Assembly: GCF_039541115.1 (NCBI RefSeq)
Contig: NZ_BAABFP010000005.1
Span: 930,001 to 994,000 of the forward strand
Direction of reading: 5' to 3'
Length of the DNA: 64,000 bases
Source of the DNA: Angustibacter luteus
GTDB lineage: Bacteria > Actinomycetota > Actinomycetes > Actinomycetales > Angustibacteraceae
Shown here: piece by piece, positions 19,298 through 27,780 of the stretch
Layout: every line of letters begins with the position of its first letter
Numbering within the stretch: position 1 is the stretch's first letter
Program-made: the position numbers and the translations under genes
The notes under the pieces: generated by a model
Seen by the model: only the letters and a program-made list of their open reading frames with translations
What the model was told of the DNA's origin: nothing
Database searches by the model: none

Positions 19298-20049
19298 CGG
19301 TGCACTTCATCGGCGCCGGCCCCGGGGCGGCCGACCTGCTGACCGTGCGGGCCACCCGGCTGCTCGCCGCCTCGCCGGTCTGCCTGTACGCCGGCAGCCT
19401 GGTCCCGGCCGAGGTCCTCGACCACTGCCCGGAGGGTGCCCGGCTGGTGGACACCGCGGACCTCACGCTGGACCAGATCGTCTCCGAGCTGACCGCGGCT
19501 CACGAGCGTGGCCTGGACGTCGCCCGGCTCTGCTCCGGCGACCCGTCGGTGTGGAGCGCCCTGACCGAGCAGGTCCGCCGGCTGCGCGCCGCGGGCGTCC
19601 CCTACGACGTCACGCCCGGCGTTCCGGCGTTCGCGGCGGCCGCAGCGGCCCTGGGCGTCGAGCTCACCGTGCCGACCGTGGGCCAGAGCGTGGTGCTGAC
19701 CCGGACGCAGGCCCGCTCGAGCCCGATGCCGGACGGCGAGCGGCTGGCGTCCTTCGCCGCGACCGGGGCGACGTTGGCTCTGCACCTTGCGGTGCAACGC
19801 ATCGAGGAGCTGGCGACCGAGCTGGCCGGGCACTACGGCGGGGACTGCCCGGTCGCGGTGGTCGCGCGCGCGTCCCAGCCCGACGAGCTGGTGCTGCGCG
19901 GCACGCTGGCCGACATCGCGGACGCGGTGCGCGAGGCAGGCGTGCGACGTACCGCCGTCGTGCTGGTCGGCCCGGTGCTGGGCGCGGCGACGTTCCCGGA
20001 CAGCTACCTCTACTCGCCGGCACGTCCGCGGGGCTCGGACTCCTCGTGA
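19294..20049 (+). CDS. cobM: Precorrin-4 C11-methyltransferase
   Basis: VHFIGAGPGAADLLT, YAGSLV, RLCSGDP, ELTVPTVGQS, SYLYS. Confidence 0.92.
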   Translation: MTVHFIGAGPGAADLLTVRATRLLAASPVCLYAGSLVPAEVLDHCPEGARLVDTADLTLDQIVSELTAAHERGLDVARLCSGDPSVWSALTEQVRRLRAAGVPYDVTPGVPAFAAAAAALGVELTVPTVGQSVVLTRTQARSSPMPDGERLASFAATGATLALHLAVQRIEELATELAGHYGGDCPVAVVARASQPDELVLRGTLADIADAVREAGVRRTAVVLVGPVLGAATFPDSYLYSPARPRGSDSS

Positions 20050-21107
20050 CCGGCCCGGCCGATCACGGCGCCCGCCCGGTCGATCACCACGACGTCGACG
20101 TGCACGGGCGACCCGCTCAGCACGGCCGCGCAGGTGTCGAGGGCGGCTCGGGCGACGGCTGCGCCGAGGTCCACCCCGGCGGACTGGGCCAGGCGCAGCG
20201 CGTGCAGGGCCGTCGTCCCCGCTTCGATCTGGCTCGCGAGCTCGTCGCCGCCGAGCGGTCGGGCCAGGTCGGCGAGGGCCGGCAGGTCGACCTGGGAACG
20301 CCCCGAGTGCAGGTCCAGCTGGCCCTGCCCGAGCTTGCTCAGCTTGCCGAACCCGCCTGCGATCGTCAGGCGCTGCACGGGGTGGCGGCGCACGTACTTC
20401 AGGACCGCGCCGGCGAAGTCGCCCATGTCCAGCAGCGCGAGCTGCGGCAGACCGTAGAGCTCGGCGACCGTGCGTTCCGAGGTGCTGCCCGTGGCCCCGG
20501 CCAGGTGCTGCAGGCCGGCCGCGCGGGCGACGTCCACCCCGCGCCGGATGCTGTCGATCCACGCCGAGCAGGAGTACGGGACGACGACGCCGGTGGTGCC
20601 AAGGATGGACAGGCCGCCGAGGATGCCGAGCCGCGGGTTCCAGGTGTGCTGGGCGATCTCCTCGCCGTGGTCGACGGAGATCTCGATCACCAGGTCGGGG
20701 GTGGAGCCGCCGGCGACCTCGGTCACCGCGTCGCGCATCAGCTGGCGGGGTACGGGGTTGATGGCGGGCTCCCCCACGTCCAGCGGCAGTCCGGGAAGGG
20801 TCACCGTGCCCACGCCGGGGCCGGCCACGAACTGGATCCCGCTGCCCGCCGGGCCGGGTCGCACGGTCGAGCGGATCAGCGCGAGGTGCGTGACGTCCGG
20901 GTCGTCGCCGGCGTCCTTGACGACGCCGGCCATCGCGGAGCCGTCGTCCAGGCGTTCGACGGCGAGCGCGAAGGAGGGGGTCTGCCCGCGCGGCAGCACG
21001 ATCTGCACCGGGTCCGGGAACTCGCCGGTGAGCAGCGCCGTGTACGCGGCCTTGGTGGCGGCGGTCGCGCAGGCGCCCGTCGTCCAGCCCCGCCGCAGCT
21101 CGGTCAT
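20010..21107 (-). CDS. cbiD: Cobalt-precorrin-5B C1-methyltransferase
   Basis: LRRGWTTGACATAA, KDAGDDPDVTH, AINPVPR, NPRLGILGGLSILGTTG, DLHS. Confidence 0.92.
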   Translation of the reverse strand: MTELRRGWTTGACATAATKAAYTALLTGEFPDPVQIVLPRGQTPSFALAVERLDDGSAMAGVVKDAGDDPDVTHLALIRSTVRPGPAGSGIQFVAGPGVGTVTLPGLPLDVGEPAINPVPRQLMRDAVTEVAGGSTPDLVIEISVDHGEEIAQHTWNPRLGILGGLSILGTTGVVVPYSCSAWIDSIRRGVDVARAAGLQHLAGATGSTSERTVAELYGLPQLALLDMGDFAGAVLKYVRRHPVQRLTIAGGFGKLSKLGQGQLDLHSGRSQVDLPALADLARPLGGDELASQIEAGTTALHALRLAQSAGVDLGAAVARAALDTCAAVLSGSPVHVDVVVIDRAGAVIGRAGHEESEPRGRAGE

Positions 21108-21136
21108 GGGGTCAGTGTGCCGGGCGGCGGTGACCG

Positions 21137-21904
21137 GTGAGCGGGGCGGTGCTGGTGGTCGGCGGGACCGGCGAGGCCCGGGACCTGGCGGGGCGGCTCG
21201 TCGACAGCGGCATCGGGGTGCTGACCTCGCTGGCCGGTGCGGTGGCCCGGCCCCGGCTGCCCGAGGGTGAGGTGCGGATCGGCGGGTTCGGCGGGCCGGA
21301 CGGCCTGCGGGACTGGTTGGTCGGGCACCGACCGCTCGCCGTGGTGGACGCCAGCCACCCGTTCGCGGCTCGGATCTCCCGGTCCTGCGTGGTCGCCTGT
21401 GCGGCGACCGAGGTGCCGCTGCTGCGGTTGGAGCGACCGGCGTGGGCACCCGGCGAGGGCGATCGCTGGCACGAGGTGGACGACGTCCGCGAGGCGGCGG
21501 AGGTCGCCTCCCGGTTGGGCCGCAGCCTGCTGGTCACCACCGGACGGCGCGACCTGGCGCCGTTCGCCGCGTTGACCGAGGTGCGGGTGCTCGCGCGGTG
21601 CGTGGACCCGCCGACGCAGCCGCTGCCGTCGCACGTCGAGGTGCTGCTGGACCGCGGGCCCTACACCGTGGACGGCGAGCAGGCCCTGATGCGCGAGCAC
21701 GGGGTCGACGTCCTGGTGACGAAGAACAGCGGCGGCCCGCTGGTCGCGGCCAAGCTGCGCGCCGCGCGTGAGCTCGGGGTCGCGGTGGTGATGATCCGGC
21801 GGCCGGCCCCCGCCGGAGCACCGACCGTGCCGGACGTCGACGCCGCCCTGGCATGGGTCCAGGGCCGTCTGCCCGACGACGTGGCAACCTCGCATCGCCC
21901 GTGA
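21137..21904 (+). CDS. cobK: Precorrin-6A reductase
   Basis: GGTGEA, SLAG, RIGGFGG, DASHPFAARIS, TKNSGG. Confidence 0.92.
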   Translation: MSGAVLVVGGTGEARDLAGRLVDSGIGVLTSLAGAVARPRLPEGEVRIGGFGGPDGLRDWLVGHRPLAVVDASHPFAARISRSCVVACAATEVPLLRLERPAWAPGEGDRWHEVDDVREAAEVASRLGRSLLVTTGRRDLAPFAALTEVRVLARCVDPPTQPLPSHVEVLLDRGPYTVDGEQALMREHGVDVLVTKNSGGPLVAAKLRAARELGVAVVMIRRPAPAGAPTVPDVDAALAWVQGRLPDDVATSHRP

Positions 21905-21925
21905 GGCGAGGCTGCCACGTTCTGG

Positions 21926-23497
21926 TCAGGTGCTCGGGTAGTGGCGGGGGGTGAGAACCAGGGGCTGACCCGGGTCGCCGTTCACCCCCGGGCGCGCCAG
22001 CACCTGAGTCGTCGACGAGCCGATGATCAGCAGGCACCGCATGTCGATTGACGACGGATCGAGGTCGCCCAACGTCACCACCCGCACTGTCTCGGCCGGC
22101 CCACCGACGTCCCGGCCGACGACCACCGGGGTGGTCGCCTGGCGATGACGCAGCAGCACCTGCTGAGCTGCCTCGACCTGCCAGGTGCGGGAGCGCGACG
22201 CCGGGTTGTAGATCGCGATGGCCAGGTCGGCCGCCGCGAGAGCGTCGAGCCGCCGCTCGATGACGTCCCAGGGCTTGAGGCGGTCGCTGAGCGACACGAC
22301 GGCGTAGTCGTGGCCGAGCGGCGCCCCGACCCGGCTGGCCACCGCCTGCGCCGCGGTCAGGCCGGGAACGACCCGGACGCCGACCGCGGCCCAGCGCTCG
22401 TCCGCCGCCTGCTCGACGACGGCCGCCGCCATCGCGAACACGCCGGGATCGCCGGACGACACCACCGCGACCCGAGCGCCGGACGCGGCCAGTGCGAGCG
22501 CGTGGTCGGCGCGGTCGGCCTCCACCGTGTTGCCCGAGGCGTGCCGGGTCTGCCCGCTGCGCACCGGGACGCGGTCGAGGTAGGTCCGGTAGCCCACGAG
22601 GTGGTCCGCCCGCTCGAGCTCGCGCTTCGCCTGCGGGGTCAACCAGCCCTCCTCCCCCGGGCCGAGGCCGACCACCACCACTTCGCCGGGGGCGCACGGT
22701 GGCGCAAGGCCGTTGCCGGACAACGGCTCTGGCACCACGGCGCCGATCGCCGACTGGCCCATCGAACGCTGGCCGGTAGGACTGGGCAACAGCGCGAGCG
22801 AGAAGTACGGGACGGTCTGCGGGTCGACGTCGCGCAGGGCAGTGGTGCGCTGGTCGGGAGTGGACGCACGCTCGACGTACCAGGCGGACGGCCCCCGTCC
22901 GGCGTCCTCGATCGCGCCCGAGACGGTGCCGAACGTGCGGCCGAGCTTGAGCACCGCAGCCGAGTCGGTGTCGGCCAGCCGCCGCGCGAGCTCGGCCCGC
23001 GGCAGGGTCCCGGGCAGGATCGTAAGCACCTCGTCGCGCTCGACCAGGGGCCGGCCGAGCGCGGCGGCCGCGGCGCTCACCGAGGTGACACCGGGCACGA
23101 CCTGCGTCTCGTAACGGCCGGCGAGCCGCTCGTGGGTGTACATGTACGAGCCGTAGAACATCGGGTCGCCCTCGCACAGCACCACGACGTCCCGCCCGGC
23201 GTCCAGGTGCCCGGCCAGCCGCACGGCGACCTCGTCGTAGAAGTCGCGGACGGCCCCTTCGTAGCCGTCGGGGTGCGCCGTCGTCCCTGTCGTCACCGGG
23301 TAGACCAGCGGCTCCTCGATCTGCCCGTCGCGCACGTAGGGGTCGGCGATCCGGCGGGCGATGCTGCGCCCGTGCGGTCCGGAGTGAAAGGCCAGCACGT
23401 CCGCGGCGCCGACCAGCCGGGCCGCCTTCACCGTCACCAGCTCCGGGTCGCCCGGCCCGAGCCCGACGCCCCACAACCGTCCGCGCGCCATGCTCAC
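21926..23497 (-). CDS. cobIJ: Fused precorrin-2 C20-methyltransferase / precorrin-3B C17-methyltransferase
   Basis: Two tetrapyrrole methylase domains: GLGPGDPEL...EGDPMFYGS and GLGPG...[32 protein letters not shown]. Confidence 0.9.
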   Translation of the reverse strand: MSMARGRLWGVGLGPGDPELVTVKAARLVGAADVLAFHSGPHGRSIARRIADPYVRDGQIEEPLVYPVTTGTTAHPDGYEGAVRDFYDEVAVRLAGHLDAGRDVVVLCEGDPMFYGSYMYTHERLAGRYETQVVPGVTSVSAAAAALGRPLVERDEVLTILPGTLPRAELARRLADTDSAAVLKLGRTFGTVSGAIEDAGRGPSAWYVERASTPDQRTTALRDVDPQTVPYFSLALLPSPTGQRSMGQSAIGAVVPEPLSGNGLAPPCAPGEVVVVGLGPGEEGWLTPQAKRELERADHLVGYRTYLDRVPVRSGQTRHASGNTVEADRADHALALAASGARVAVVSSGDPGVFAMAAAVVEQAADERWAAVGVRVVPGLTAAQAVASRVGAPLGHDYAVVSLSDRLKPWDVIERRLDALAAADLAIAIYNPASRSRTWQVEAAQQVLLRHRQATTPVVVGRDVGGPAETVRVVTLGDLDPSSIDMRCLLIIGSSTTQVLARPGVNGDPGQPLVLTPRHYPST

Positions 23498-24162
23498 TCC
23501 CTCACGTCCGCGATGGCGTTGACCGCCGCCGCCGTCATCGCACTACCGCCGCGACGGCCGTGCACGACCAGGTACGGGACCCCGTGGCCCCCGGTCGCCA
23601 ACGCGGCCTTCGACTCCGCGGCCCCGATGAACCCCACCGGGATGCCGACCACGGCCGCCGGGCGCGGCGCCCCGGCCGCCAGCATCTCCAGCAGGTGGAA
23701 CAGCGCCGTCGGCGCGTTCCCGATGGCCACGACCGCGCCCGCCAGCCGTGGCCGCCAGAGCTCGAGCGCGGCGGCGCTGCGGGTGGTCCCGAGCCGCGCC
23801 GCCAGCTCCGGCACCTGCGGGTCGGACAGCGTGCAGACCACGTCGTTGTCCGCCGGCAACCGGGAGCGGGTGATCCCCGAGGCGACCATCTGCGCGTCGC
23901 ACAGGACGGGTGCGCCGTCCCGCAGGGCCTGTCGTGCCTGCCGCACGGCACCCGGCGATGCCGCGACATCCGCCGGGAGGTCGACCATGCCGCAGGCGTG
24001 GATCATCCGGACGACGACCGGCGCCAGGTCCCCCGGCAGGCCGGTCAGGTCGGCCTCGGCGCGGATGGTCGCGAACGACTGCCGGTAGATCTCGGCGCCG
24101 TCTCGGACGTAGTCCCACGTCGGCGTCGGCGCGTCCCGCATCGGCACGGTCTCGGTGCTCAC
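23494..24162 (-). CDS. cobH: Precorrin-8X methylmutase
   Basis: [50 protein letters not shown] 24162. Confidence 0.92.
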   Translation of the reverse strand: MSTETVPMRDAPTPTWDYVRDGAEIYRQSFATIRAEADLTGLPGDLAPVVVRMIHACGMVDLPADVAASPGAVRQARQALRDGAPVLCDAQMVASGITRSRLPADNDVVCTLSDPQVPELAARLGTTRSAAALELWRPRLAGAVVAIGNAPTALFHLLEMLAAGAPRPAAVVGIPVGFIGAAESKAALATGGHGVPYLVVHGRRGGSAMTAAAVNAIADVRE

Positions 24163-25436
24163 TCGGTACTCCTTCGTGGATCTGCTGCGGTCGGGTCCAC
24201 TCGACCCTCGATGAGCCCTCGGGTGGTGGCCACGACCTCGTCGTGCGGGCCGGCCGGGTGCCCGCAGCGGCGCTCGCAGCCGCTGTAGTGCAACGGACTC
24301 GGCTCGCCTGTTGCGTCGGACGCCGCGACCCGAAGCCCGACGGACCGGTACGCCAGCGCCCGGACGTCGACCAGCGCGCGGGCGCAGCCGGGTCGCCCCG
24401 CGCACGCGGAGACCCCGCGCCAACCGGAGGTGCCGGTCACGTCCAGTCCGAGCCCGGACAGCTCGCGGACGAGGTTGCGCGCCGCTGACGCCGTCAGGTC
24501 GGGCACGAGCACCTCACGCCACGGTGTGAGGACGACGCCTTCCGCCGACCGAGCCATCACCCGGGCGGCCGCCGTCGACAGCCGGCCGAGCGGGACGAGG
24601 ACGGCGAGCGCGGACCGGCCGTCGTGCTGGACCAGCACGCCGAGTTCCGGGAGCCGGGTGCGAGCCGGCGGCAGGGCGACCGGAGCTGCGGTCGTCGTCG
24701 ACGGTTCCGCCTGCAGCACCAGGGATGTCGCCCGCTCGACACCGTCGGGGAGCTCGCCGATCCGCCAGGCTGCGGCCCCTCCGACGCGCGCGTCCTGCGC
24801 CCGGCGGGCGACGAACGCCCGCGCTACGGCGAGCAGGGCCGGCACCGCTCGGGGCAGGGTCAGGCGGACTCCGGTGTCGCGTCCGGAGACCACCAGAGCG
24901 CCCACCGGCACGGCCCCCGGGTCGTCGCCCGAGCTCGGGAGAGCCCACCACCCCACGTCCGCGCCGAGCCCGACCACGTCGCCGGTGCCGTCGTCCAGCG
25001 CGAACAGGAAGCGCCCGGGCAGGGCCGGCAGCAGGCGGTCCTGGCAGAGCTGCCGATCCAGCTCGCGCGCCGCCCCGGTCAGGTCGACCAGCCCACCGAG
25101 CCGGCCGGTACCGGGCGACACGAGGACGTTGCGGACCAGCTCGTGGCTTGGTGACGAGAGCAGCCCCGCACCCTGAATCGCCTGCACCACCACGGGATCG
25201 AGACCCTGACCGACGGCCCGGAGGGCGCGCAGCTGCACGTTGCCGCGGGACGTCAGGTGCAGTGCGCCGTCCCCGTGCCGGTCCGCCAGGTCGGCCAGCG
25301 CAGCCAGCGAACGGGACGCCAGCACCCCGCCGATCATCCTCAGCCGGACCATGGCGCCGTCCGCCGCCAGGTGCGGGCGCAGCGCACCCGGGCAGGCGTC
25401 CGCGGCGGTCCTTCCCCGCGCCGCAGGGCCCATCAC
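24159..25436 (-). CDS. cobG: Precorrin-3B synthase (nitrite/sulfite reductase-like)
   Basis: [43 protein letters not shown] Fe-S Cys motifs; directly upstream of cobH. ATG 25433 is an alternative start. Confidence 0.85.
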   Translation of the reverse strand: MMGPAARGRTAADACPGALRPHLAADGAMVRLRMIGGVLASRSLAALADLADRHGDGALHLTSRGNVQLRALRAVGQGLDPVVVQAIQGAGLLSSPSHELVRNVLVSPGTGRLGGLVDLTGAARELDRQLCQDRLLPALPGRFLFALDDGTGDVVGLGADVGWWALPSSGDDPGAVPVGALVVSGRDTGVRLTLPRAVPALLAVARAFVARRAQDARVGGAAAWRIGELPDGVERATSLVLQAEPSTTTAAPVALPPARTRLPELGVLVQHDGRSALAVLVPLGRLSTAAARVMARSAEGVVLTPWREVLVPDLTASAARNLVRELSGLGLDVTGTSGWRGVSACAGRPGCARALVDVRALAYRSVGLRVAASDATGEPSPLHYSGCERRCGHPAGPHDEVVATTRGLIEGRVDPTAADPRRSTE

Positions 25437-25948
25437 GCGCTCCACCGCAGGGCACGGCGTCCGGGTCGCAGGGTGAGCTCGACCACGGCCAGCGGCTCGA
25501 CGTCCAGCCGCCAGAATCCTTGCGGCGCAACACCCGCCGTCACGCACACCACGGCCCGCACCCAAGGGCCCGGTGCCACCGCGACCAACCGGCCGCGTCG
25601 CCGGTCTGCGACGCCGTCCAGCCATCGACCGGCTCGTTCCTGCAGCGCCAGCAGGGACTCGCCGCCGTGCGCGTCGAACGTCGGGTCGGTCAGCCACCGT
25701 TCAGCCAGGTCGGGCTCGGCCGCGGCGAGGACGTCGATGTCCTGGCCGGTCCACCGGCCGAGGTCCCAGTCCGTCAGGTCCGCTGCCACCGGGACGGGCT
25801 CGACGAGCCCGGCGAGCGCGCTCGCTCTGGCGCACTCGGAGCCTGGCCCACGGACGGCGTCCCAGCCGGCGAATGCGCCGGTCAGGCGGTGCGCACGGTT
25901 CGCGTCCGCGGGTCGACCGGCACTGATCAGGCTGAGCCGCAACGTCAT
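25433..25948 (-). CDS. Histidine phosphatase-fold protein, catalytic residues apparently degenerate
   Basis: DWDLGRWTG and AHGGES match the fold, but RHG is replaced by ISAG and the second His motif by VAPGP. Confidence 0.65.
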   Translation of the reverse strand: MTLRLSLISAGRPADANRAHRLTGAFAGWDAVRGPGSECARASALAGLVEPVPVAADLTDWDLGRWTGQDIDVLAAAEPDLAERWLTDPTFDAHGGESLLALQERAGRWLDGVADRRRGRLVAVAPGPWVRAVVCVTAGVAPQGFWRLDVEPLAVVELTLRPGRRALRWSA

Positions 25949-25958
25949 GGCGCATCCT

Positions 25959-25988
25959 TTGACACCGTCGTCAGGACGGCCCTAGTGT
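25959..25988 (+). promoter_or_regulatory. Putative primary-sigma promoter for the riboswitch-cbtBA transcript
   Basis: TTGACA (25959-25964), 18 nt spacer, TAGTGT (25983-25988), just upstream of the riboswitch. Confidence 0.65.
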
Positions 25989-25999
25989 CAGCGCCACCC

Positions 26000-26101
26000 T
26001 GACGTTGTGAGGCAGCCGGTGAGATTCCGGCGCGGTCGCGCCACTGTGTCCGGCGTTCGAGCCCACGGCCCGAGCATCGGGAGCCAGACCCTGCGACGTC
26101 A
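26000..26101 (+). promoter_or_regulatory. Cobalamin riboswitch (short form) upstream of cbtBA
   Basis: GCCGGTGAGATTCCGGC hairpin, CGCGGTCGCGCCACTGTG, B12-box-like GGGAGCCAGACC, closing stem TGACGTTGT/GCGACGTCA. Confidence 0.85.
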
Positions 26102-26142
26102 TCCGATCCGTCCCGGACGCTCGATCCGCAGGAGGTCTTTCC

Positions 26143-26352
26143 GTGAGTCATCCCACCGTTTCCGCGCAGCCCACCGCTGCCCCCATCCCGCTGCGTGAGG
26201 TCGCCCCCTGGGCGGCGTTCGCGCTGCTGCTCGCGCTCGTCGTGCTGTACTTCGTGTCCTCCGAGCAGGGAGCGGTCTCCGTGTTCTCCGGCGCCGGCGT
26301 GCACGAGTTCCTGCACGACGGTCGCCACCTGCTCGGCTTCCCCTGCCACTGA
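26143..26352 (+). CDS. cbtB: Probable cobalt transporter subunit CbtB
   Basis: One TM helix then EQGA...VHEFLHDGRHLLGFPCH; AGGAGG SD. Confidence 0.9.
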   Translation: MSHPTVSAQPTAAPIPLREVAPWAAFALLLALVVLYFVSSEQGAVSVFSGAGVHEFLHDGRHLLGFPCH

Positions 26353-26364
26353 GGGGCGGCCGAC

Positions 26365-27129
26365 ATGACCAGGTCCTTCCTGATCCGCGGCCTGCTCGTC
26401 GGGCTGCTCGCCGGTGCGGTCGCCTTCGTGGTCGCGCACTTCCTCGGTGAGCCGTCCGTCGCCTCCGCGATCGCGGTGGAGGAGTCCGGCCACGCCGCCG
26501 AGCACGCTGCCGGGCTCGTCGCCGAGCACACCCACGGCGAAGAGGCACCCCTCGTCAGCCGAGGCGTGCAGAGCTCCATCGGGCTGCTGACCGCGCTGCT
26601 GCTGTTCGGCGCTGCGCTCGGCGGCCTCTTCGGCATCGGCGCGGCCACGGCGCAGGGCCGGCTCGGCCGGCTCGGTGCCCGGGCGACGTCCGCGCTGCTG
26701 GCCCTGGCCGGCTTCGTCACCGTCTCGCTGGTGCCGTTCCTGAAGTACCCCGCGAACCCGCCCGCGGTCGGCGACCCGTCCAGCATCGGGCGCCGGTCCG
26801 GGCTGTACTTCGCGATGCTCGCGCTGTCCGTGCTGTTCGCCGTCGCGGCGGTGTGGGTGGCGCGTCGGTTGCGCACGGCGTCGACCTGGAACCGTTGCCT
26901 CGCAGGCGTTGGCACCTTCGTGGTCCTCGTCGGCGTGGCGTACGCGGTGCTGCCCGCCGTGGACGAGCTGGGTGCCTTCCCGGCGGACGTCCTGTGGCGC
27001 TTCCGGCTGGGTTCGCTGGCCACCCAGCTGGCGGTCTGGACGACGCTCGGGCTGGCGTTCGGCGCGCTCACAGAGCGGGCGGCAGCATCGCCAGCGGTCG
27101 CCGGTGACCGCCCGCTCGCCGCGGTCTGA
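26365..27129 (+). CDS. cbtA: Probable cobalt transporter subunit CbtA
   Basis: RGLLVGLLAG, GEP..AIAVEE, His-rich loop, VPFLKYPANPPAVG, FPADVLWRFR. Confidence 0.88.
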   Translation: MTRSFLIRGLLVGLLAGAVAFVVAHFLGEPSVASAIAVEESGHAAEHAAGLVAEHTHGEEAPLVSRGVQSSIGLLTALLLFGAALGGLFGIGAATAQGRLGRLGARATSALLALAGFVTVSLVPFLKYPANPPAVGDPSSIGRRSGLYFAMLALSVLFAVAAVWVARRLRTASTWNRCLAGVGTFVVLVGVAYAVLPAVDELGAFPADVLWRFRLGSLATQLAVWTTLGLAFGALTERAAASPAVAGDRPLAAV

Positions 27130-27164
27130 CGCGGTCCGGCAGGCGTTCTGGGGTCGGCGGGGCA

Positions 27165-27779
27165 TCACCACTCGATGCCCCGCTGACCCTTGGCCCCGTC
27201 GTCCATGGGGTGCTTGACCTTGGTCATCTCGACCACCAGGTCGGCCGCCTCGACCAGGCGTGGATCGGCCCGGCGTCCGGTGATCACGACGTGCTGGTGG
27301 CCGGGCCGGTCGCGGAGGGTCTGCACGACCTCGTCGACGTCCACCCAGCCCCAGCCCATCGGGTAGGTGAACTCGTCGAGCACGTACAGCCCGTGCTGCT
27401 CGGCAGCGAGGCGGCGCTGGATCTCTCGCCACCCCTCCAGCGCGGCGGCCGCGTGGTCGTCCTCGCTGCCCTGCTTGCGAGTCCAGGACCACCCCTCGCC
27501 CATCTTCTGCCAGTCCACCGGGCCGCCCTCACCGGTCTGCTCATGCAGCCGTCCCAGGGCCCGCAGCGCGGCTTCCTCGCCCACCTTCCACTTGGCGCTT
27601 TTGACGAACTGGAAGACGCCCACGTCCCAGCCCTGGTTCCAGCCGCGCAGGGCGAGGCCGAACGCCGCCGTGGACTTCCCCTTCATGTCGCCGGTGTGCA
27701 CGATCAGCAGCGGCCGGTTGCGGCGTTGCCGGGTGGTGAGCCCGTCCTGCGGGACCGTCGTCGGCTGCCCCTGCGGCAT
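27165..27779 (-). CDS. cobO: Cob(I)yrinic acid a,c-diamide adenosyltransferase
   Basis: HTGDMKGKSTAAFG, QFVKS, LDEFTY, ITGR, KHPMDDG..GQRGIEW. Confidence 0.93.
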   Translation of the reverse strand: MPQGQPTTVPQDGLTTRQRRNRPLLIVHTGDMKGKSTAAFGLALRGWNQGWDVGVFQFVKSAKWKVGEEAALRALGRLHEQTGEGGPVDWQKMGEGWSWTRKQGSEDDHAAAALEGWREIQRRLAAEQHGLYVLDEFTYPMGWGWVDVDEVVQTLRDRPGHQHVVITGRRADPRLVEAADLVVEMTKVKHPMDDGAKGQRGIEW

Positions 27780-27780
27780 G

